Positions 46,401 to 59,530 of a stretch of DNA of 64,000 nt are shown piece by piece; the first letter of the stretch is position 1; every line of letters begins with the position of its first letter. The stretch covers positions 49,724,001 to 49,788,000 of the forward strand of contig NC_043007.1 in the NCBI RefSeq assembly GCF_006345805.1, in the 5' to 3' direction. The DNA comes from Octopus sinensis (taxonomy: Eukaryota). The notes under the pieces were generated by a model. That model saw only the letters and a list, made by a program, of their open reading frames with translations, did not search any database and was not told where the DNA came from. Position numbers and translations under genes: made by a program.

Positions 46401-49400
46401 AAAAAACTACGGAGAAAATACAAATTTATACATAAATTATTAGAGAGTTATCCACTATGTGGATAACTCTAGTGCTAAAAATAGCTCCGAAGCAACCACA
46501 GAAGATCTGTTTCCAACTAGAATCAACATACATTTAGCGGAAGGAAAGTGAAATACAACGAATAAAATAGATTGACTCTATACAATTGTTTCATTACTAA
46601 TGTAATATGTAGTTTTACTTACACTTACATCTATAAATCTTCGGTAGAGTTTGTCAGAAATGCAATTAATTAGATCGATTCGAGCATCAAAAGCACGAGC
46701 GGTCCAACCAATTACATTTTTAGTTATGTCTCAACTTCCGCGCCAAAAGCATGCCTAGACTCCATTGGAAACGTATGCCGCATCAAATAAAATATTGACT
46801 GCCGCGTAGTTAAATTTATAAAATTATAAATGAGGGTGAAAAATCGATATTAATTTAATAATACCATTAATTTAACACCAAGTGGCTTAGCACAAAAAAC
46901 TACGGAGAAAATACAAATTTATACATAAATTATTAGAGAGTTATCCACTATGTGGATAACTCTAGTGCTAAAAATAGCTCCGAAGCAACCACAGAAGATC
47001 TGTTTCCAACTAGAATCAACATACATTTAGCGGAAGGAAAGTGAAATACAACGAATAAAATAGATTGACTCTATACAATTGTTTCATTACTAATGTAATA
47101 TGTAGTTTTACTTACACTTACATCTATAAATCTTCGGTAGAGTTTGTCAGAAATGCAATTAATTAGATCGATTCGAGCATCAAAAGCACGAGCGGTCCAA
47201 CCAATTACATTTTTAGTTATGTCTCAACTTCCGCGCCAAAAGCATGCCTAGACTCCATTGGAAACGTATGCCGCATCAAATAAAATATTGACTGCCGCGT
47301 AGTTAAATTTATAAAATTATAAATGAGGGTGAAAAATCGATATTAATTTAATAATACCATTAATTTAACACCAAGTGGCTTAGCACAAAAAACTACGGAG
47401 AAAATACAAATTTATACATAAATTATTAGAGAGTTATCCACTATGTGGATAACTCTAGTGCTAAAAATAGCTCCGAAGCAACCACAGAAGATCTGTTTCC
47501 AACTAGAATCAACATACATTTAGCGGAAGGAAAGTGAAATACAACGAATAAAATAGATTGACTCTATACAATTGTTTCATTACTAATGTAATATGTAGTT
47601 TTACTTACACTTACATCTATAAATCTTCGGTAGAGTTTGTCAGAAATGCAATTAATTAGATCGATTCGAGCATCAAAAGCACGAGCGGTCCAACCAATTA
47701 CATTTTTAGTTATGTCTCAACTTCCGCGCCAAAAGCATGCCTAGACTCCATTGGAAACGTATGCCGCATCAAATAAAATATTGACTGCCGCGTAGTTAAA
47801 TTTATAAAATTATAAATGAGGGTGAAAAATCGATATTAATTTAATAATACCATTAATTTAACACCAAGTGGCTTAGCACAAAAAACTACGGAGAAAATAC
47901 AAATTTATACATAAATTATTAGAGAGTTATCCACTATGTGGATAACTCTAGTGCTAAAAATAGCTCCGAAGCAACCACAGAAGATCTGTTTCCAACTAGA
48001 ATCAACATACATTTAGCGGAAGGAAAGTGAAATACAACGAATAAAATAGATTGACTCTATACAATTGTTTCATTACTAATGTAATATGTAGTTTTACTTA
48101 CACTTACATCTATAAATCTTCGGTAGAGTTTGTCAGAAATGCAATTAATTAGATCGATTCGAGCATCAAAAGCACGAGCGGTCCAACCAATTACATTTTT
48201 AGTTATGTCTCAACTTCCGCGCCAAAAGCATGCCTAGACTCCATTGGAAACGTATGCCGCATCAAATAAAATATTGACTGCCGCGTAGTTAAATTTATAA
48301 AATTAATTGCATTTCTGACAAACTCTACCGAAGATTTATAGATGTAAGTGTAAGTAAAACTACATATTACATTAGTAATGAAACAATTGTATAGAGTCAA
48401 TCTATTTTATTCGTTGTATTTCACTTTCCTTCCGCTAAATGTATGTTGATTCTAGTTGGAAACAGATCTTCTGTGGTTGCTTCGGAGCTATTTTTAGCAC
48501 TAGAGTTATCCACATAGTGGATAACTCTCTAATAATTTATGTATAAATTTGTATTTTCTCCGTAGTTTTTTGTGCTAAGCCACTTGGTGTTAAATTAATG
48601 GTATTATTAAATTAATATCGATTTTTCACCCTCATTTATAATTTTATAAATTTAACTACGCGGCAGTCAATATTTTATTTGATGCGGCATACGTTTCCAA
48701 TGGAGTCTAGGCATGCTTTTGGCGCGGAAGTTGAGACATAACTAAAAATGTAATTGGTTGGACCGCTCGTGCTTTTGATGCTCGAATCGATCTAATTAAT
48801 TGCATTTCTGACAAACTCTACCGAAGATTTATAGATGTAAGTGTAAGTAAAACTACATATTACATTAGTAATGAAACAATTGTATAGAGTCAATCTATTT
48901 TATTCGTTGTATTTCACTTTCCTTCCGCTAAATGTATGTTGATTCTAGTTGGAAACAGATCTTCTGTGGTTGCTTCGGAGCTATTTTTAGCACTAGAGTT
49001 ATCCACATAGTGGATAACTCTCTAATAATTTATGTATAAATTTGTATTTTCTCCGTAGTTTTTTGTGCTAAGCCACTTGGTGTTAAATTAATGGTATTAT
49101 TAAATTAATATCGATTTTTCACCCTCATTTATAATTTTATAAATTTAACTACGCGGCAGTCAATATTTTATTTGATGCGGCATACGTTTCCAATGGAGTC
49201 TAGGCATGCTTTTGGCGCGGAAGTTGAGACATAACTAAAAATGTAATTGGTTGGACCGCTCGTGCTTTTGATGCTCGAATCGATCTAATTAATTGCATTT
49301 CTGACAAACTCTACCGAAGATTTATAGATGTAAGTGTAAGTAAAACTACATATTACATTAGTAATGAAACAATTGTATAGAGTCAATCTATTTTATTCGT

Positions 49401-50019
49401 TGTATTTCACTTTCCTTCCGCTAAATGTATGTTGATTCTAGTTGGAAACAGATCTTCTGTGGTTGCTTCGGAGCTATTTTTAGCACTAGAGTTATCCACA
49501 TAGTGGATAACTCTCTAATAATTTATGTATAAATTTGTATTTTCTCCGTAGTTTTTTGTGCTAAGCCACTTGGTGTTAAATTAATGGTATTATTAAATTA
49601 ATATCGATTTTTCACCCTCATTTATAATTTTATAAATTTAACTACGCGGCAGTCAATATTTTATTTGATGCGGCATACGTTTCCAATGGAGTCTAGGCAT
49701 GCTTTTGGCGCGGAAGTTGAGACATAACTAAAAATGTAATTGGTTGGACCGCTCGTGCTTTTGATGCTCGAATCGATCTAATTAATTGCATTTCTGACAA
49801 ACTCTACCGAAGATTTATAGATGTAAGTGTAAGTAAAACTACATATTACATTAGTAATGAAACAATTGTATAGAGTCAATCTATTTTATTCGTTGTATTT
49901 CACTTTCCTTCCGCTAAATGTATGTTGATTCTAGTTGGAAACAGATCTTCTGTGGTTGCTTCGGAGCTATTTTTAGCACTAGAGTTATCCACATAGTGGA
50001 TAACTCTCTAATAATTTAT
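40417..50019. repeat. Tandem array of a 493-bp non-coding unit: 16 direct copies then about 3.5 inverted copies
   Basis: atgagggtg anchors at 40421, 40916, 41408, 41901, 42393, 42886, 43379, 43872, 44365, 44858, 45351, 45844, 46337, 46830, 47323, 47816; inversion at 48301-48305; inverted anchors (cat) at 48633, 49126, 49619. Confidence 0.98.
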
Positions 50020-50960
50020 ATATTTATATTTATATATATAATTGCAGTTCACGTTTGAAACTGATAAGTGCATTGTATTACGAAATTCTCGTTTATTCCT
50101 TCGTCATCCCAGATTCATACTACCGTTCTGTACTCGATGTTTCGTTCTGAAACTTGCGTATATTGACTACTAACACCAGGTTATTAGTATCGCAATGACC
50201 AAACATTCAACTACGGTAGAAGTTGAATAATATTAAGTTCGCAATTTACTCACATGCAGCATCTTTCTGAGCTTGTTGCTAATTCACTTCTTAACCAAAT
50301 TTAACATTTTTGAAGAGGAGTGGTCGCTAGCTACATTTTGGCATAAAAAATTGAAATTTGATCCAGTAGAAAAAAATTTACATCAAAATTTGTAGCAGCG
50401 TTATAGGAGAGTAGGTAACGCCACCAATCAAGTTTAGATCTAAATAACTTTTTTTTTAATTTTAAGAGCAAAATATATTTATCTTAGTTTCAATGATAAA
50501 AGAAAGCATGAATAATTTCATAGTTTTGGTCCCACGCAGCAAAACTTTGTATCAAAAATGTTGTGTGGTAAAAAAAAGATATAAGTAAGGCAAAAAATTG
50601 GATTTAAGTATAATTAGCTTTTTTATTTTAAAAACAAACAATATTTTAATTTAGCTTAAATGATAGATCTCAATTCGAGGAATTTCGTCGTATCAATTTC
50701 ATGCAATGATGTTTTAAAAGGAAAAAGTTATGAATGTTTGTTTCTCAAATTTGGGGGTGATAACATAGTTCTGTACATTTTTATGAATATAGTTCTATAA
50801 GGGGAATTTTAATATACGTCACCGGCCTTTTTGAAGTAAGGAAAAAATTATCAACGACACCGCTAATTGACACATTTGGCACATTATTAATTAGTATAAT
50901 AACATAGCCTGGAAAAAACATGGATTGTGTGGTAAAATGCAAGCAAGAGAAATAATATTA

Positions 50961-51723
50961 AGATCATAAACCTGAAAAATTACAGGATAATATATTACAC
51001 TTGCATCTGGTAAAGTACAGAACAAGAACATTTTTACTTAAAATATTGCAGCTAAGGATAAAATTTGAATATTAAATATTATTTAATTTTAATTTACAAA
51101 GTAACATTATAATTAAAAAGGGTACCATCATTTCGTTAAAATACTGACACACTAGTATACTTAAAAAAATGAGAACCAGAAGAAACAATATAACTAAAGT
51201 TTTATGCAAAATAGAATGGTACATATGGTAGGCAAATTCATTATGTAAAAAATAAGCATTGGGTCAAGAGTAAATATGTGAAGATTTGGCAATAGCTTAG
51301 GCAATAACTCAAGCAAATTTTACTGTGAATTTTTTGTTATTGGTAGATTTTTACTGTAAAATATAACTAATTTTTGTATTATTCTATTTATTGTACTAAC
51401 TAATTATGTACTACTATTATTTTTAATAACCTACTTTCAAATTTCTAATTATTATTTAATAATTGAAAAAATTAATATTTTTAAAGTGCCAAAAATATTT
51501 TGAGTTATTTTTAAAATCTTTAATAAAAGTGACAAATAGAAGTAATAACTTATAATAAAATGTTTACTTTTAATAAATATAAATATTTTATTTGAAATTT
51601 TATCCTTAGCTGCAATATTTTAAGTAAAATTTTTCTTGTTCTCTACTTTACCAGATGTAACAAGGTGTCCTGAACTTTTCCAAGTGTAATAACTTGTCCT
51701 GTAATTTTCCAGATTTATAATCT
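50961..51723. mobile_element. MITE/foldback-like element with ~120-bp terminal inverted repeats
   Basis: 50961-51080 (ctgaaaaattacagg..catctggtaaagt..aaaatattgcagctaaggataaaattt) is the reverse complement of 51580-51723 apart from one short insertion; AT-rich non-coding interior. Confidence 0.6.
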
Positions 51724-53309
51724 CGCATTTTTCCATGTAATCGAAATATATGTTTGTAATATATATATATAGTTATCTAAAGGAATTTCTAATCATTACT
51801 CTATATTTAGGGATAGGAATAAAGGTAACAGTACAGGGCTTAGTAAATTAATTTGGGATCTAAAAGACCACAATAAACAATTTAATTTAGATTGGTTGAT
51901 TCTCTCAATCTCGATACCTTATGAAAAAGGCAAGGGATTCTGTCTTCTCTGTAATTCTGAACTATTTTTTATTCTTTTTCCTAAAAATCTCCTTGTAAAC
52001 ACGGTTAAAGAGCGTGCATACCGATGTAAACATTGGCAGAAACACACCTTTATTTCAGATAAGTGATTTCTATTATTATATATAATTTAAACATTAATTT
52101 TCATTTTTCAGTTCACATTCGCTAGATATATCTTTTTCCAAGTCTCTATGGCTTTAGTTAATAGACATATAATCATACACTTCTCATTTATTTAGTTTTT
52201 TTATGCCTTCTCTTTCTATAGGCTACCTCTGACGTTATATCATATAACGTTTATTTGAAACAATATTAATAGCGTTCAGTTAATCACTATACATATCCAT
52301 CATTTTCTATTAAAATGTCTTATTAACGAGTTTCATTTCTTCACTTCCCTGAAGAAAAGATTGCATTGTTTTATACCATTTTATTCCTTTGGAATAATAT
52401 CAGTGATATCTTCGAAATGTGTCGGAAGTAAAAGCATTTGAATAACACCTGCGTTTAACTCCATTTATATATATATATATATATAATTATTGTTGTTATT
52501 GCTTTACTTCTCAGAGCTCTCAGTCTTGCTTGTTCTGGTTGATTCTGTAAAAGCTGGATGAATGATTCGGCCTCGGTATGTTCTCTCCACCAACCACAGT
52601 CTGATGATTTCCTACCCGTACTTCGATGCCGAAAAATTTAACATAATCATTATTCCAATTTCTACATTATTCCAATTTCTACCTCTTTCTTTTTTCTGTC
52701 AATTTGCAATTCCATTTATTATCCTTTTTCTGTTGCAAGTCTTATCATGTTGTGTTTCCACTTACCTATTTTGTTAATCTTCAGAATTCTTCCTTCCGTG
52801 GCTCTTTCTGTTGCTCTTAATTTATTTTCAATGTTCATGTTTACTTTATTCTATTTAATTATTTCAATACTATGAGGTTCTTACGTATGTATATGCATAC
52901 GTATGCATATATGTACGTGTACATGAATGTATGTATGTTTGTATAAAGAAACATTTACATGTATGTCGCTGTCAATATATATTTGGGGGTGTATTCATGT
53001 ATGCGTGTTGGATTTGCATATATCTATCCATCTATCTATCTTTTTTTCTATACAAAGACGTGCACATATACACACATACACGGTTACGGCAATGCTTTAA
53101 TTGAACATCTGTATGTGTGTATTTGTGTGTCATTTTGTATAAATATAATAATAGGTAATGACATTTGTACTCACACAAGTAAGTGGGTACGTGTGTGTAC
53201 ATTTGGAGATAACGCAAAGATAAAAGAACTGTAAACACTTATATAATGAAGATTATTCGCAGGTAACCTTCTTTGACAATGGGCAGATGATCAATATTTC
53301 TGACAGATT

Positions 53310-54015
53310 TCTTCTTCTTCTTCTTCTTCTTCTTTACCTTCTCCTTCTCCTTCTTTACCTTCTCCTTCTCCTTCTTCTCTTTCTCTTCTTCTTCTTCTTC
53401 TTCCTTCTTCGTCTTTCTTCTTCTCTTCTTCTTCTTCTCTTCTTCTTCTTCTCTTCCTTCTTCTTCTTCCTTTCTTTCTTCTCTTCTCCTTCTTCTTCTT
53501 CTCTTCTTCTTCTTCTCCTCTTCTTTCTTCTTCTGCTTCTTCTTCTCTTCTTTTCCATTTCTTCTTTTCTTCTTCGTTCTCTCTTCCTTCTTCTTCTTCT
53601 TTCTCTTTCTTTCTTCTTCTATCTTCCTTTTCCTTCTTCTCTTCTTCTTCTTCTCCTTCTTTTCTCTCTCCTTCTTCTTCTTCTTTCTTCTACTCTCTCC
53701 TTCTTCTCTTCTTCTTCTCTCTTCTCCTCTCTTCTTCTCTTTCTTCTTCTGATCTTCTTCCTCTCTCTTTCTCCTCTCCTCTTCTTCTTTATTCTTCTTC
53801 TTCTTCTTCTTCTCTTCTTCTTCTTCTTCTTCTTCTTCTTCTTCTTCTCCTTCTTCTCCTTCTTCTTCTTCTTCTGATATAAGAATATAGAATGATAAGA
53901 ATGAAGAAGAAGAAGAAAAGAAGAAGAAGAAGAAGAAGAAGAAGAAAGAAGAAGAAGAAGAAAGAAGAAGAAGAAGAAAGAAGAAGAAGAAGAAAGAAGA
54001 AGAAGAAGAAGAATG
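53310..54015. repeat. (CTT)n-rich tract followed by (GAA)n tract
   Basis: Pyrimidine tract to about 53877, short spacer, purine tract about 53903-54013. Confidence 0.95.
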
Positions 54016-54750
54016 ATAATAATAATAACCATGATAATAGTTATTATCATTATCATAATTCTTTCTGCTTTAGGAAAGAGGCGGGAAATTTTCTAAGGGC
54101 GGTGATTAGTGGATTAATCGATCCCAGTACTCGATTGGTATTTATTTTATCAACCCCGGAAGGGTAAAATTCAGAGCCAACCACGACAGCATTTAAAACC
54201 AGCTCATTTTACAGGCTGAGTTCAAACGTGATCATGGTCGAAATATTGCTAGGCACTTTTCCATGCGCACTGACGATTCTTCCAGGAAATGTTTCAACGA
54301 TCCTATACAGGAAAGACTTCAACATCGGCCAGTGAATGGGCCTCACAGATCCAGGATCACTGACTATCCAATGTTGTTCCCCAATATGCTTACAAATGTG
54401 TTTTTTTTTGTTCGCATTTACTAAGTACGTTAACCACGCCTGAGCTCTCACTTGCCAGTTGATGCCACTCTATCTGACATAGGGGAAAGTTAGAGAATCG
54501 TAAATAAATTCGTGAATTAAATATCACAAGTTTGTCAAATGCCAAACCAATGATCTACATACGGGTGCACGTAAACACAAAAGTCTTCCTTATTTACTCA
54601 TTATTCAACCGTTTAATAAAAACTTGTCAAATTCATCTATGTCTCACTAGATTGAAAATATGAACAGCCTTAATCATCAGAAATGGTCCGAGTGAGCTGT
54701 CTCTCCAAGAAAATAAAAGTGACCCCGATATTATGTAAATAGAGGAATTT

Positions 54751-54920
54751 ATCTGTAAATATAATACGTGAGAATTATTCGGTAGCCATGATAAAACTCC
54801 GGATGCCGAGGTGGAAGAGATAACTGAAGAGATGGCAGCGTGGATTTCCACCTCGGTATCCAAAACTCGGAGTTTTATCATAGCTACCGAATAATTGTCA
54901 CATATTATATTTACATATAT
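54751..54920. repeat. Imperfect inverted repeat, ~65-bp arms and ~30-nt loop
   Basis: aattattcggtagc/gctaccgaataatt, atgataaaactccg/cggagttttatcat, gatgccgaggtggaa/ttccacctcggtatc. Confidence 0.9.
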
Positions 54921-54932
54921 ATATATATATAT

Positions 54933-54972
<40 letters not shown>

Positions 54973-55039
54973 TGTTGACGAGCCACAGGTGATGCCTATA
55001 CCAGATCGTTTTATCTACTATAAATAGCCGCTAATTTCC

Positions 55040-55250
55040 ATCAAATCATACTCTTACCAAGTGAAGGAAATACTGGAAAATGTAATGGAAATATATATTG
55101 GAAATGTATATTGGAAATATTGAAAAATTTGATACATAATATGACAGATGGGCAAGGTCGGGGTACTTTTGATCACAGGTCAATTCATTAAAAGTTTCCT
55201 CTTTAAATTCATCTATGTTGGCAGCAACCTTCATGTGTTTAACCACGCTG
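55040..55250 (-). mobile_element. Possible mariner transposase C-terminal remnant
   Basis: ..YPDLAHLSY..FQYFLH resembles YSPDLAPSDY..LQHFL; heavily decayed. Confidence 0.35.
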
Positions 55251-57472
55251 CACTAAGAATCCCTGTCCCCACCTCACATTAGGTTTGGTCTTCAGTTTCA
55301 TGTTGCGTGTATCTGCCAATGAATATCGATACAACTGAATAGCTTTCGTCTTCTGTTAGTGTACAGAAGCCTCCAGAATATAACATGTAACAAGGTTTTG
55401 CTGTTCAGCACGATAGCATTGGCCAGCAAAGCTTACCCTATTTCGATCAACAAAAGTAGTTTTGGGTAGAATGTGCCAGTAAATCTCTACATTGATCTTA
55501 ACCCATCGCAAGGAAACGATCAAAACAAGATAATTATCAATTTATCAATTAAAATATTTTTTTGATCCAATGCTTTTTGTGTTATTCAGTAAACAAAATA
55601 GAATTTTTTGAAATGAAATACATCTATGCTACTTTGTACTGAAGAGCTGCAAACTATAGAGTATTAGCCAACAACTGTGAGAGATCAATATAAACATCAT
55701 GTATTTATGTACAATACCAACCTGGTTAGAGTTTCAAGAAGACAAGTCTCTCTCCTATAAAGGATTTCATAGATGACTGGGTACCAGCTTTAACTGTTCA
55801 CAGAGGTATACCTATGGCTTAAGGAAGTCTGCTAAATCTATTTGCATAATAAAACGCATTCTTAGCACGTAATGCGACTGATAACTAAAGGTAGCAGTAA
55901 TTTATTAAGTAAAGGGTTTCCAAATGATATATGTTTGAACAATTCTCTAGGCTTGTAGCTTGTCACAATGAGCAAGGTGTTACAATCCCTTCAAAGCAAG
56001 GCTTCAGTTAGATTTAATATGCCCTTAAGAGGTCATCAATTACAGTTCATTCGTCATTTATTACACTTGTAAAAATTCACGAGCGCCATTAATTCATGTA
56101 TCCTGGTTCCCCAAAGTAATAAATTTGAGTCATCGGCAGTCTACCTATCTTATTCAACTGTGATTAGCATTAGCAACACCACTACGTACACAAAATTTAC
56201 CTCCACTACCATCATCACTACCACCATTAACAATACCATCACCTCTCCCACCATCACTGCTGCTACTACCAGCACCACCAGCACCTTCACCACCACCACC
56301 ACCACCACCACCTCCTCCACCACCACTATCATCATCATCATCATCATCAAGAATAACAATAAAAAGTACAGCACCACAGTCACCAACACCAGCTTTCTTC
56401 CTATGTCAATCACCACCAACATCAACACCAACAACAAAATCGAAAACAGTATCACTTTATCTTCATCGCCAACGCTATTGCCACAACACCATCCATGCCA
56501 CCGTTACCGCCACCACTACCCCCATCACTACCACTACCACCACAACAACCACCACCACTACCACCAATACCTATACCATCACCATCACAACAACAACGAC
56601 AACACAATTGTCGTTGCCGCTATCACTGCCTCCTCCACCACCACCACCACCACAACAACAAAAAGCTACAGTATCAGAAACATTGTTCATTGACAATAAC
56701 AGTTGTCCCCTAATTTGCAGTGATCTGCTAACCAACATTTAACCCCTTAACAATGTATTCCCAGTTCAATTAAACCCTAATCATGTAATATCAGGTGATC
56801 ATCTACAAACAGATCAACCCCACCCCAATTCTCTAGAAACAAACCACATCTTTCTCCTTCCAGCGACGCCATGTTTTCCTTTTTATCGAGTCGTTATTCT
56901 TATAGCAATATTTTGGTTTAACGCTTTCGTTTAGATATTGTATTTATTTTATATTTCTTCCCCGGAGCCCCCAGTGGTGTCCTAATTAACAATAACAGTG
57001 ACAGACATGCGACATGAAGTAACGAACCTATGACCATATTGCCGCCTCCCTCCGTCGTATCTTACCGCCACATTACAACAACAACAACAACATTACTATC
57101 ACTCAATCTCCATCGACGCCTTCGCCATTATGCCGACAGCGGTGATAGCCACCGACTCCACCACCACCAACGTTACCACCACCACAACCACCACCTTTAC
57201 CACTAAAGTTACCACCACCACCATTTTTTTCTCATTTTCTCTAGTTGCGACTACATTGTTTTCGTTGTTTCATATTAATTCAGTTTTTATTGTTAGTAAC
57301 AACCGAGATGTTGATATAACACCTTCATTGATCCCGTTGCTGTTGCTGTTGCTGCTATTGTTGCTCTTGTCCTTGCAGCTGTCGGTGGCGCCGCCGAACT
57401 TGCTGCAGTGGTAGTTCGGTAGTTTATGTTATCGTCATAGTTGTGGGGCTAGATTTCTCGTCATCATTATCA

Positions 57473-57548
<76 letters not shown>

Positions 57549-57554
57549 TTCGGT

Positions 57555-57760
57555 GAGTTTCCTGAATCGTTAGCACGGCGGGTTAAATGCTTAGCGATAT
57601 TTGATCTGCCACTAGGTTCTGAGTTCAAATTTCATCGAGGTCGACTTTGCCTTTCATCCTTTCGGGCTCGATAAATTAAGTGCCAGTGGAACACTCGCGT
57701 CGATGCAATCGATTAGTCCCCTCCTCCCAAATTTCAGATCTTGTGCCTTCAGTAGAAAGG
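57555..57760 (+). mobile_element. SINE copy
   Basis: gaatcgttagcacggcgggttaaatgcttagcg..gagttcaaatttcatcgaggtcgactttgcctttcatcctttcggg. Confidence 0.75.
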
Positions 57761-58049
57761 ATTATTATAATTATTATATTATCTCGTGTTCCGTCTCGTT
57801 TTGTTACTGTTCCATCAGATTGTATTCTCTGGAGTGTTGCAAAAAATAACTATCTTCAACAACTTTCATTTCACACATTTAAGCACCAGATTGCAAAAGT
57901 CGACATTTTTACTAGCTTCGGGCTATTTTAATTACATTTTTTGTTTCAAATAAATATTTTTTGTTTTTGTATTTTTTTGCACTCTTGTTTTCTCTTCTGC
58001 CTTATGTAAGCATGCGCGCGCGTATGCGTGTATGTATATATATACTTAC

Positions 58050-58080
<31 letters not shown>

Positions 58081-58690
58081 CACGTATAACCTTTTAACCG
58101 ATAAACAGCATGATTAAATAGATGAAGAGTCAGTGTCAGCCTAATGAAAGATAAATTCGGCCGAGGTTACTCAACAACAATATTTTATTATTATCTTCTT
58201 TCATTATTATTTGACATCTACCCTTGCTTTCGAACTTCGCTTGACATCGAGAGAGAAAACAGAGAAAAACAGATAGTCAAGCCAGCAGTAGATTCGAAGA
58301 CAATCATATTTTCCTTGTAAAATGTTACTAAACTTGCACTCTATTGAAAGTATTAAGTAATCCACTGGTTTAATCTTAAAGTCGAAATCAGCAAATAGAT
58401 CGGCAGGATGACTAGCTGGAAAGAGAAGGAGGTGTTTTGTTAATACACGCATATTGGAACTGAAGAACGCCGGTTTTTGGGTGACATAAGGAAATTTGAA
58501 ATGAAATGCTGAATCACTAATTATAGTCACTCAAGAACAGGATATTAGAAAGAACTTGCTAAAGACAGATTAATAAATCTGTGGAAAAGGGAACAAAAGT
58601 ATTAACCATCTTTTAAGCGAGTACAAGAAGTTAGCTCGGAAAGATTATAAACGCAGGCATGAGTGTGTGTGAGTATGCGTGTGTGGTGTG

Positions 58691-58721
<31 letters not shown>

Positions 58722-58789
58722 TGTGTGTGAATAAATGCATTGAGATGTTAACTAAGTATGGTCATTCAAAGTAGCAGAAAAAGTGATAT

Positions 58790-59185
58790 GAACATGAACC
58801 AGCGGGTGTGATGAAGAATGATAATTACAAGATTTTGTGTGATTTCTTCATAATGACTAACCATACTATTGAATCAAAAGAAGCATGTAGACCAGATATC
58901 GTAGTGGACAAGAAAAAGAAAAGGAACGATATAGACTGTGCAATACCATAGAGTGAATACCAAAAAAAAAAAGAGAAATTGAGAAATGTAAGGACCTAAC
59001 CAGATAAATGAAGATATTGTGGAAGACAAAGGTGACACTATTTCTTGTGGTAATTGGTGTACTTGGCACAACATCCAACTGCTACCAATATCGTCAAAAT
59101 TTTAACTGTCGCTATCGGCCTGCAGAAAAGTGTAATTCTGTATTCTACAAGAATCCGAAGAAAGATTCTTAAGACCTGAGGAAAT
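58790..59185 (+). mobile_element. 3' end of an R4/Dong-like (RLE) retrotransposon
   Basis: HEPAGVMKNDNYKILCDF..NHTIE..RPDIVV..DCAIP..KDL..LW..VVIGVLGT..LQKSVIL..RKIL; short 3' UTR then (AAT)n at about 59240. Confidence 0.75.
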
Positions 59186-59250
59186 TTTCTTTGTTACCAA
59201 ACCTCCAGATAATATCAGTGTTAACTAAATTAGCATGTAATAACATAATG

Positions 59251-59324
<74 letters not shown>

Positions 59325-59329
59325 TTTGG

Positions 59330-59530
59330 CACAGGACCAGGTATTTCGGTGGAGCGGGTCAGACGATGCTATTGACCCCAGTACTTGACTGGTACTTATT
59401 TTATCGATCCCGGAATGGATAAAAGACAAAGCCAACCTCGACGAAACTTGAACTCAAAACGTAAAGAGCCGACAGAAATGCCGCTAAGCATTGTGCGTGG
59501 CGTGATAACAATTCTGCCAGCTCTCCACCT
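59330..59530 (-). mobile_element. SINE copy
   Basis: gaccccagtacttgactggtacttattttatcg..gaaatgccgctaagcatt..aacaattctgccagctc. Confidence 0.7.

Noticed and set aside
48355-48400. Opposite-strand hammerhead candidate attac-atta-gtaat GAAAC-aatt-GTA in the 493-bp unit
   Set aside because: Stem II- and III-like parts exist, but the upstream core reads ctacata and no stem I forms; probably chance in AT-rich DNA.
48203-48400. 65-aa ORF across the inversion junction
   Set aside because: Created by the junction itself; no recognisable domain.
40417-50019. CRISPR array or rDNA/5S/snRNA gene cluster
   Set aside because: Units are wholly identical with no unique spacers, and I recognise no rRNA, tRNA or snRNA motifs.
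53287-54167. Leu/Phe-rich membrane-like and Lys/Arg/Glu-rich ORFs
   Set aside because: Translations of CTT/GAA repeats.
56150-57414. Thr/His/Pro-rich mucin-like ORFs
   Set aside because: ACC/ATC/AAC trinucleotide low-complexity DNA with no splice or domain support.
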